Below the pieces are notes generated by a model. That model was not told where the DNA came from. It was given only the letters and a program-made list of their open reading frames with translations, and did not search any database. 64,000 nt of DNA, from the NCBI GenBank assembly GCA_965248695.1, contig CBDFKD010000002.1:3072001-3136000 (forward strand), read 5' to 3'. Below are positions 22,511 to 30,309 of this stretch, piece by piece (positions within the stretch are counted from its first letter, which is position 1; each line of letters starts with the position of its first letter). A program made the position numbers and the translations under genes. This DNA comes from Acidobacteriota bacterium (GTDB taxonomy: Bacteria > Acidobacteriota > UBA890 > WLXD01).

Positions 22511-23416
22511 TCACGGGCTGCAGCTCCCGGTGCCGCGGTCGGTCTCGCCGCGTCCGGGGACGGGCACGAACTCCCAGTCGTAGCCGTCCACATGCAGCTG
22601 GAACTTCAGCACCCCCGAGACTTCGTACTGCAGCGCGGCGCTGAGGTCACCGGGCTCGCCACCTCGCTGGCCGCCGCTCTGGCCACCGGTGCCAGCGATG
22701 AACCGGCGGATGCCACGATCCGGATCGCGGTCACCGGCCGGAGACAGGGGCACAAAGCGCTCGTAGTGATGGTCATGCCCGTTGACGATGACGTCGGCCC
22801 CATGCTCGTAGAGCACTTCCCAGAAACCGCGCACACGTTCCTGGCGGCTATGGCCGCCCGACGAGAAGAGCGGATGGTGCCAATAGGCCAGCAGACACTT
22901 GCCGGCGTTGCTCGCCAGGTCCTGCTGCAACCAATCCAGCTGTACGGAGTGCGCATGGCCTTCGAGCACGCTGTTCAATGCAACGACGTGCCAGTCGCCG
23001 AGGGCGTAGCTGTAGTACCCCTGGCCAAGCATCCCGGCGGTCTGCCCGAAGTAGGCATGGTAACCGGCCCCCGGCCCATTCGTGTAATCGTGGTTGCCTG
23101 GCGCTGGCCTGGTCCGGCTCTTGTGTCGGCCCCACGAAGGGTCGTAGCAATCCAGGAAATCGCGTGCTGACCCGTCGGGGTAGGCGTTGTCCCCGGCAGT
23201 GAAGATCGTGCCGTCGAGCTCGTCGAGCAGCAGCGCGGTGCGCTCGTCTCCGCGCGAGTTGCAAGAGGCGATATCGCCGGCGCCGACGAGTACGTGGCTC
23301 GTCTGATAAATCGGCGCGACGCCACACGACAGTGCCGCCAGTAGGGCTACCAGGACGGATGCGGCGGCCCGGGCCGAGGCCGATGCAATGCGGCGCCTCT
23401 CGGGGGCTTGGCTCAC
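22511..23416 (-). CDS. Calcineurin-like metallophosphoesterase (purple acid phosphatase-like); start uncertain (23416 or 23515)
   Basis: GDIA, GDNAY, GNHDY, WHHP, GHDH motifs; lipobox-like LSC. Confidence 0.85.
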   Translation of the reverse strand: MSQAPERRRIASASARAAASVLVALLAALSCGVAPIYQTSHVLVGAGDIASCNSRGDERTALLLDELDGTIFTAGDNAYPDGSARDFLDCYDPSWGRHKSRTRPAPGNHDYTNGPGAGYHAYFGQTAGMLGQGYYSYALGDWHVVALNSVLEGHAHSVQLDWLQQDLASNAGKCLLAYWHHPLFSSGGHSRQERVRGFWEVLYEHGADVIVNGHDHHYERFVPLSPAGDRDPDRGIRRFIAGTGGQSGGQRGGEPGDLSAALQYEVSGVLKFQLHVDGYDWEFVPVPGRGETDRGTGSCSP

Positions 23417-23694
23417 GAGAACCCCCCGATCGGCACTGGACTCGACACCAACCTCGACCCTGCGACCTCCATGGAGAAGGAAATCGCACGTCGCGCTCCT
23501 CGCTTCATCGGCCAAACCGCCTAGTGCACGCGGTCACGCCCTGTACTCTCGACCTACGCCCTCTGTCGGATGGCGGCGCAACGGCCTTCTGCCTAGTGTT
23601 CCGCTATGCTTTGTAGATTCGTGGCTGCGACGGTCGCCTTTGGCCACCGGACGACAGCGCCGCAACCCGGTACGCCCTGACCCAGGCGGTTGCA

Positions 23695-24456
23695 ATGCTG
23701 CTAAACGAATTGCGGCAACAGGGTGACAAGCTGTATCGGTGGAGGAGCTATCTGCCGGTACCACTGACTCTGTTGCTATTCGCCGCCATCGCCATGCCGC
23801 CGGATCGCATCTGGCCGCTGGGCGTCTGGTGGGACTGGGTCGCCCTGGCGATGAGCCTGACGGGCCTGGCGCTGCGGATCTACACCATCGGTCACGCGCC
23901 GCCGTTCACGTCCGGCGGGAACGTCCGTAAGCAAGTTGCCGGCGAGCTCAATACGACCGGGGCCTACTCACTCGTGCGGCACCCCTTGTACCTCGGGAAC
24001 CTGCTGATGTGGCTCGGGCCGACGCTTTTCGTGCGATCGCTCTGGGTAGCGGTCGTCTGTGTGCTGGTGTTCTGGCTCTATTACGAACGCATCATGTTCG
24101 CCGAGGAGGACTTCCTCGAGGAACGCTTCGGCAACGACTTCCGAGCCTGGTCCTCGGCGACACCGGCGGTGCTGCCGTCAATCGCGGCCTGGCGACGACC
24201 GAGCGCGTCCTTCTCGCTGCGCCGCGTTCTGCGGCGTGAGTACAACGCGCTTCTGGCAACCATTGCTCTGTTCTCTCTGCTCGTCGTCTGGCGATCGTGG
24301 CTGCATGGCCCCGGGTTGGCGCTGCCCCCGAGCTGGACAGTCCTGCTCGCCGGCGCCTCGACGATCTTCCTCGTATGTCTTGGAATCAAGAAGGGCACCA
24401 CTCTCTTGGAAAGCAAACCACAGCCGCGACTAGAGAAGGTGGGAGATGCGCGCTAG
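23695..24456 (+). CDS. ICMT/PEMT-family membrane methyltransferase, similar to lipid A phosphate methyltransferase LmtA
   Basis: QG..L.RWRSYLP N-terminus, LNTTG.YS.VRHPLYLGN, YYERIMFAEE.FL. Confidence 0.75.
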   Translation: MLLNELRQQGDKLYRWRSYLPVPLTLLLFAAIAMPPDRIWPLGVWWDWVALAMSLTGLALRIYTIGHAPPFTSGGNVRKQVAGELNTTGAYSLVRHPLYLGNLLMWLGPTLFVRSLWVAVVCVLVFWLYYERIMFAEEDFLEERFGNDFRAWSSATPAVLPSIAAWRRPSASFSLRRVLRREYNALLATIALFSLLVVWRSWLHGPGLALPPSWTVLLAGASTIFLVCLGIKKGTTLLESKPQPRLEKVGDAR

Positions 24457-25109
24457 AGAACGCTGTTTGAGTCGGCTCACGGTCCCAGCAATCCGGTTCG
24501 CGGCGGCGAGCGTGCTTGTGTTCTCCGCATCCGGGGCGCTCGCCGGACAAGGCGGCCCCATAGCGGCCGAGGACGACTGCGGTGACGACGCAATCGAGAT
24601 GGATGGCAGAGACCTTGTGACGTTGGCTCGGCTGAGCGTGGTCGACGCCATCGCGGCGGCGGAGCAACACACCGCCGGGGACGCGGTCGAAGCCGAGCTC
24701 GAAGGATGCCAGGGTGCCGCCGGCAACCACGCATGGTTCGAGATCGCCTTGATGGACGACGGAGCTCTGCGCGAGGTGCGAGTTGACGCCTCGAACGGTG
24801 ACGTCATCGGCACGGCGGAAGACGACCATGACGGTGGCGAGTTTGCCGGATACGCACGCGCTCTGCGCCACAGCGAGCTCAGCCTCGAGCAGCTGATTGC
24901 CAGCGCTCAGGCGGTGCTCAACGGCACCCTGGTCGAGGCCGAGCTTGAGTTCGATGAAGGTCAACCCGTCGCCGAGCTGCTGTTCGCCAACGGCCCGCGC
25001 GTTGATCGAGGTCGAGGTCGAGGCAAGAGCGGGACACATCGTCGAGATCGAGCTCAAAGAGCTCGGGGCGGATGACGACGACGATGGGGATCATGACCAC
25101 CGCCAATAG
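24446..25109 (+). pseudogene. Secreted double-PepSY-domain protein with an apparent +1 frameshift near 24995
   Basis: First PepSY (AIAAAE..AVEAELE..EVRVDASNGDVI). The second PepSY continues in another frame (ALIEVEVEARAGHIVEIE...DDDDDGDHDHRQ*, stop 25109) after GGCCCGC at about 24992-24998. Confidence 0.7.
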
Positions 25110-25135
25110 GCGCGGCGTCCTGTCGAGCTGTCGTC

Positions 25136-25675
25136 TTAGCGCTCGTTTGCCGGCAGCAGCAAGTCTTCCAGAAAGAACGCCGAGAGCGCGGTACGACCGC
25201 TGAGGTTGGCTTTCCGATAGATGGCCTGCGCTTGCTGTCGCACGGTGCGCTCGCTGGTGTCACGCACGGCGCCGATCTCGCGGTGGCTCAGTCCCTTCAG
25301 CATCAGCATTGCCACTTCACGCTCGGCGTCGGTGAGCTCCCAGCGATCGAACTGCGCGTCGATCGCCGCGCCCAGGCCGCGAAGCAGATCGGTCATCTCC
25401 GAGCGCCACTGTGCGCCCTCGACGCGAGCCACCCGCAGATCGGCCAACAAAGCATGCCGGTCGGCCTCCTGATGGCTCACGCGGCCGAACAGATAAGCCA
25501 CCATAGCCGCGATCGAAACCAGGAGGATCGGCTCGATCGATTCGATCACCGCCTCGCCCAGGGTAAGCTCGGGCTCCTCGAGGATCTCGGTCGTGACCAG
25601 CGCCGCGGCCGCCGCAATCGCCACGGCGGGGCCGAGCCAGCGAGAGCCCGTTAGCTTCTTTAGCAGTTCAGACAT
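25136..25675 (-). CDS. LuxR-family HTH regulator with two N-terminal TM helices
   Basis: LTDAEREVAMLMLKGLSHREIG..R.TSERTVRQQ..AIYRK; hydrophobic N-terminus; no receiver domain. Confidence 0.88.
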   Translation of the reverse strand: MSELLKKLTGSRWLGPAVAIAAAAALVTTEILEEPELTLGEAVIESIEPILLVSIAAMVAYLFGRVSHQEADRHALLADLRVARVEGAQWRSEMTDLLRGLGAAIDAQFDRWELTDAEREVAMLMLKGLSHREIGAVRDTSERTVRQQAQAIYRKANLSGRTALSAFFLEDLLLPANER

Positions 25676-25715
25676 GGTGGGTAGCGTTACATGCGGTCGC
25701 CGTTACCGGCAAGGT

Positions 25716-27170
25716 TCAGTCGGGCGTCCCCGCCGCCGACGCGGCGCGAATCGACCAGAGATGCTGCTGGGTGCGAACCAACAAGCGATCACCGACCATC
25801 GCCGGGGTGGCCAGCGCGAACTCCTCGAGCTTGTTGACCCCGAGCAGCTCGAGCTCGTCGCCGGTGCCGAGAACGTAGGTGTCGCCCTCTTCGCTCAGGC
25901 AGAAGATCTTGCCGTTGTACGCCCACGGCGAGGCCGTGAACGCCGAGGCGCCGGGACCGATCCGGGCTCGATACACGCGCTCGCCGTTGCTGGCGTCGTA
26001 CTTGGCGATAATGCCCTTGTCCTGTAGCACGTACAGATGCCCGTCGTAGAGGACCGGGGTGCTGAGGTAAGTACCGCCGCGCCAGTCATACCAGACGACG
26101 TGCTCACTGCTGGTCTCCCCCTCCGGGAGTGTGATGTCACCGCTCGCCCCGGGGGTCAGCGCGGCGATCGGCCACGAGCCCGCTCCGGGCGGCCCGGCGA
26201 TCAGGTACAGCACGTCGCCGGACGCAAAGGGTGTCGGGATGGGCATGAAGGACATTTTCTTCATGCGCCATAGCTCGTCGCCGTCGAGATCGTAGCTGAT
26301 CGCTGTCTCCGGCCCCATGGTGATGAGCTCGGTGCGCTGCGAGTTGGCCCAGACGAACGGTGACGACCAGCCCGAGTTTCGGTGCTCACCCAGCGCGACC
26401 CGGGATCGGCGCCAGATCTCCTTGCCGTTCCGCTTGTCGAATGCGGCGACGAATCCCGATTCTTCATTGTCGTTGAGGATGTAGATCCGGTCACCATGCA
26501 GCGCCGGAGAGGTACCGCCACCGAAATCCAGGTACACCTGATACGGGTTCAACGGCGTCGACCAAAGCTCGTTGCCATCGAAGTCGTAGGCGTACAGGCC
26601 CTGGTGAGCGAAGTAGACGTACACCGCTTCGCCGTCGGTTACGGGCGTTTCCGACGCGAAGCTGTTCTTGCGGTGCCGGCCGACGGCCGGGTTGCCGTGA
26701 TGCGCCTCACGCCGCCAGAGGATCTCGCCGGTCTCCAGGTCGAGGCAATAGAGCACTAGCTTGATGACGATCTCTTCGGTGGTCTCGGTATCGCGTTCCT
26801 CGACTCGCCGCATGACCTCGTCCATCTCGAGGCCTTGCTCCATGAGCTCGGCCACGTAGTCGTTGGAGAAGTCGACGCCGAAGCTCGGCTGCTTCATGGC
26901 CTGATCGCTAGTCGCAGCGGTGACGAAGACCCTGCCACCCCAGACAATCGGCGAGGACCATCCCATGCCCGGTATCTCCGCCGACCACTCGACGTTCTCC
27001 GTGCGCGACCAGGTGTCCGGCAAATCGGGGTTGTCAGCGACCGGTGTTCCTTCGGGTCCGAGAAACCCGGGCCAGTTCGGTTCCTGCTGCGCGGGCGCAA
27101 TGCCTGCGATCGAGAGCAGGCTGACGGTCAGCGTTATTGCCACACGGGGTGCGATCCGGTGAGAATTCAC
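25716..27170 (-). CDS. Secreted PQQ-binding-like beta-propeller protein
   Basis: NWPGFLGP, GWSSPIVWG, ASETPVTDG, FTASP, ATPA; GTG start 27170 with AAGGA RBS. Confidence 0.85.
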   Translation of the reverse strand: MNSHRIAPRVAITLTVSLLSIAGIAPAQQEPNWPGFLGPEGTPVADNPDLPDTWSRTENVEWSAEIPGMGWSSPIVWGGRVFVTAATSDQAMKQPSFGVDFSNDYVAELMEQGLEMDEVMRRVEERDTETTEEIVIKLVLYCLDLETGEILWRREAHHGNPAVGRHRKNSFASETPVTDGEAVYVYFAHQGLYAYDFDGNELWSTPLNPYQVYLDFGGGTSPALHGDRIYILNDNEESGFVAAFDKRNGKEIWRRSRVALGEHRNSGWSSPFVWANSQRTELITMGPETAISYDLDGDELWRMKKMSFMPIPTPFASGDVLYLIAGPPGAGSWPIAALTPGASGDITLPEGETSSEHVVWYDWRGGTYLSTPVLYDGHLYVLQDKGIIAKYDASNGERVYRARIGPGASAFTASPWAYNGKIFCLSEEGDTYVLGTGDELELLGVNKLEEFALATPAMVGDRLLVRTQQHLWSIRAASAAGTPD

Positions 27171-27321
27171 GGTGGGTTTCCTTGCATCGGGGCGCGGTTC
27201 GGACGGACACGGCGTGTTCGGCGACGCGGCCGGAAACACTTGTACGATACCCGCAGCGGACGTCGTCCGCGAAGAAGACACTGCGCCAGCGGACTCGACC
27301 GGGCGCGAAGGGAGCATCGAA

Positions 27322-28665
27322 TTGACGCTACGCCAAGCCGCGTTGGTGATGAGTTGCTGCATCGCCGCAGTCTCGGCAGGTACCGAGTTTGTGGCCGAGG
27401 CCAAGCACGTAGTGGTCGTTGGCGGTGGCGTCGCGGGGCTGGCCGCGGCGCGAGATCTGCACGACGCCGGCTACGAAGTCACCGTCCTGGAAGCGAAGGA
27501 TCACCTCGGCGGCCGGGTATGGACAGATCGCGGCACTGGAACAGCGCTCGACATGGGGGCCAACTGGATCCACGGAATCACTGGTAACCCACTCACCGAT
27601 CTGGCGAACGAGCTCGGGCTCACAAGAGCAACGACCGACTACGAGAACAGCGCGGAGTACGACTCCGACGGCACCCCGGAGCCCTTGACCGATCTCCAGT
27701 TCAACAGTTGGGAGAAAACCCTCACCGCGTATGCCCGTGACTACTTGCGTCGTCGTCCAAACGCCACGGTCCAGGCGATGATCGATGCGGCTCGCAGCGC
27801 CGGAGATCTCGACTTTCTGAGTGATCGAGAGCTCGCCTTCCTGATCAATACGGGGCTGGAGCACGAGTTCGCCGCAGACGCGACGCAGATGTCCGTGCGC
27901 GCCCTCGATGAGGGCAGAGAGTTCCGCGGCGCCGACGTGATCTTCCCCGACGGCTACGACGCCATCATCACGGCGCTAGCGGACGGCCTCGCGGTCGAGC
28001 TCAACACCGTCGTCGCGGCAATCGAGCACGGCAACTTCGGTGTACGGGTGAAGACCAACCGCGGCACGTTCGAGACCGATCGGGTCGTCGTGACGCTCCC
28101 GCTCGGAGTACTCAAGTCCGGCGACGTCTCCTTCGACCCCGTGTTGCCGCGCCAGAAGCGCAAGGCGATCGATGCACTGGCGATGGGCGTGCTGAACAAG
28201 GTGTGGTTGGTGTTCCCGACGGTCTTCTGGAACGCCGACGTGCATCTGCTCGGGTACGTCAGCGCGACCAAGGGTCACTTCTCCGAGTGGGTGAGCCTGT
28301 CGAGACATACCGGCGACCCGGTATTGGTGGCCTTCAACGCCGGAGCCTACGGCGCGGAGATAGAAACGCACACCGATGCGGAGATCATCGAGGAGGCCAT
28401 GCAAGTGCTGCGCACAATGTACGGCGCCGGCATTCCGGAGGCGGTGGCGACGCGCATCACACGCTGGAATTCGGACCCGTACGCCTACGGGTCATATTCC
28501 TATCTGCCGCCGCTAGCAAAATCTGTACACCGTCGCCGCCTGGCGCGTACCGTGAAGGGTCGCCTGTTCTTCGCCGGCGAGGCCACCAGCCACCAGTATC
28601 CGGCTACTGTCCACGGCGCCTACCTCTCCGGCCTGCGCGCGGCGAAGGAGGTCAAAGGTCGATGA
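27322..28665 (+). CDS. Flavin monoamine/polyamine oxidase family protein
   Basis: GGGVAGLAAA, EAKDHLGGR, DMGANWIHG, W..DPYA.GSYS, FAGEAT, TVHGA.LSG; TTG start with GGAG RBS. Confidence 0.88.
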   Translation: MTLRQAALVMSCCIAAVSAGTEFVAEAKHVVVVGGGVAGLAAARDLHDAGYEVTVLEAKDHLGGRVWTDRGTGTALDMGANWIHGITGNPLTDLANELGLTRATTDYENSAEYDSDGTPEPLTDLQFNSWEKTLTAYARDYLRRRPNATVQAMIDAARSAGDLDFLSDRELAFLINTGLEHEFAADATQMSVRALDEGREFRGADVIFPDGYDAIITALADGLAVELNTVVAAIEHGNFGVRVKTNRGTFETDRVVVTLPLGVLKSGDVSFDPVLPRQKRKAIDALAMGVLNKVWLVFPTVFWNADVHLLGYVSATKGHFSEWVSLSRHTGDPVLVAFNAGAYGAEIETHTDAEIIEEAMQVLRTMYGAGIPEAVATRITRWNSDPYAYGSYSYLPPLAKSVHRRRLARTVKGRLFFAGEATSHQYPATVHGAYLSGLRAAKEVKGR

Positions 28666-28691
28666 CCATCAGCACAGCAGGAGAACGGACG

Positions 28692-29093
28692 ATGGCGATT
28701 GCCTACTCGAGCTCGCGGCAACCCACTCTGGATCAAGTAATCGATCTGTATCGAGCCTCGACGCTCGGCCAACGGCGGCCGGTCGACAGCCGCCACGTGA
28801 TGCAAGGCATGGTAGATAACGCCGACCTCATGGTCACCGCCTGGGACGGGGACGTCGTCGTCGGCATCGCGCGCACGCTCACAGACTTCACGTACTGCGC
28901 CTACCTCGCCGATCTGGCCGTGCACCTCGACTGGCAGCGGCAAGGGATCGGAACCGAGCTGATCGAGGCTACCAAGCGACTCCTGGAACCCACCTGTTTC
29001 GTGACCCTGCTGTCGGCGCCGGCCGCCAACGACTACTACCCGCGTGTCGGTTTCGATCACCACCCACGCGCCTGGATGTGGGCGCCGGACTGA
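28692..29093 (+). CDS. GNAT-family N-acetyltransferase
   Basis: YLADLAV...WQRQGIG motif A, YYPRVGF; AGGAG RBS (alternative start 28662). Confidence 0.88.
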   Translation: MAIAYSSSRQPTLDQVIDLYRASTLGQRRPVDSRHVMQGMVDNADLMVTAWDGDVVVGIARTLTDFTYCAYLADLAVHLDWQRQGIGTELIEATKRLLEPTCFVTLLSAPAANDYYPRVGFDHHPRAWMWAPD

Positions 29094-29140
29094 GCGATCG
29101 CCACCGAGTGGCTTCCATTTGCTCTTGTCGCTTCGTTTCG

Positions 29141-29176
29141 TTTGAACTAATATTAAGTCTTCCTAACTAACTAGTT
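29141..29176 (+). promoter_or_regulatory. AT-rich promoter/operator upstream of the winged-helix regulator
   Basis: AT-rich island in a GC-rich context with imperfect dyad TTAAGTCTTCCTAA (29153-29166) and AACTAGTT. Confidence 0.45.
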
Positions 29177-29215
29177 GCCTGATCTTGACACCCCGAAGAA
29201 CACCTCGAGATCGTC

Positions 29216-29707
29216 ATGAGCCGTAAGACATCGCCGATTCAGCTGAGCGAGTCGCTCGAACATCTGCAGCGCCATTTGGCGAGGAGCTGGGAGCGCGGAG
29301 CGGACTCCGGCGGAAAGCGCCTGCCGAGCCACAGTGAGTACGAGTATCTGCGGGCGGTCGACACCCTCGACAACAAGTGGCCGACGAGCTTGCCCGACGA
29401 CGCCGGCGATGGGCATCACATCTCCGAAGTTGCCGCCGAGATGGCGGTGCGCAAAGCGTCCGCCAGCGCCATGGTGCAGAAGCTCGAGAAGCGAGGGATG
29501 CTGCATCGGGTCGCCTGCCGCTACGACGCACGCGCGCAACACGTCATGCTGACCGACGAGGGGCGAGCCCTGCTGAACGGCGGACATGAAGTGTATGGAC
29601 GCGCCGCGGCCCGGATCAAGGAGCAACTCGACCCCGAGGAGTACCGCGCACTGGAGCGTGCACTCGCCAAGGTGACGGCGCCTGACGGGGCGGAACTCAG
29701 GAGGTAG
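29216..29707 (+). CDS. MarR/DtxR-like winged-helix transcriptional regulator
   Basis: SEYEYLRAV...ISEVAAEMAVRKASASAMVQKLEKRG...DAR...V.LTDEGR. Confidence 0.85.
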   Translation: MSRKTSPIQLSESLEHLQRHLARSWERGADSGGKRLPSHSEYEYLRAVDTLDNKWPTSLPDDAGDGHHISEVAAEMAVRKASASAMVQKLEKRGMLHRVACRYDARAQHVMLTDEGRALLNGGHEVYGRAAARIKEQLDPEEYRALERALAKVTAPDGAELRR

Positions 29708-29709
29708 AC

Positions 29710-30309
29710 GTGAGCACGGCCGGCGATCACGAGCATGACCAGGGCCCCGATTGGACCGACGAGACCGTCGCCTGGTACGCCCGCGAATATGGAGAGTGGG
29801 CCAGCAATCGGATGACCGTCGCAGCGATCGAATGGCGCCCGGACGATATCGTGGTGGATGTCGGTTGTGGCACCGGGTGTGCGCTACGCCACGCCGTCGA
29901 GCACGTTACCGAGGGCCGCCTGGTCGGCGTCGATCCGGTACCGGGAATGATCCGGATCGCGCGACAGCAGACGACGGACCATCCGGCTCAGGAACGCATC
30001 GAGCTACTCGAGTGCGGCGCCGACGCCCTGCAGCTCGACGATGCGCTGGTCACCGTGGCGATGTCGATCAACTCGCTACATCACTGGGACGACATTGCTG
30101 GCGGCCTGGCGGAGCTGATGCGCGTGCTCGTCCCAGCCGGTCGTCTATACGTAGCAGAGGACCACGACATCCAGGAGATGCACGGATGGAGGGCCGACGA
30201 CGTGCAGGCGGCGCTGGCCACTGCCGGCTTCGTCGAAGGCAGCGTGCGGGTCCTGACGGAGGACGAGGTGGTGCTGGATCTGCACCATGCGCGGAAACCG
30301 GCTCGCTAG
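29710..30309 (+). CDS. Class I SAM-dependent methyltransferase
   Basis: VVDVGCGTG, GVD, SLHHW, RVLVPAG. Confidence 0.88.
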   Translation: MSTAGDHEHDQGPDWTDETVAWYAREYGEWASNRMTVAAIEWRPDDIVVDVGCGTGCALRHAVEHVTEGRLVGVDPVPGMIRIARQQTTDHPAQERIELLECGADALQLDDALVTVAMSINSLHHWDDIAGGLAELMRVLVPAGRLYVAEDHDIQEMHGWRADDVQAALATAGFVEGSVRVLTEDEVVLDLHHARKPAR

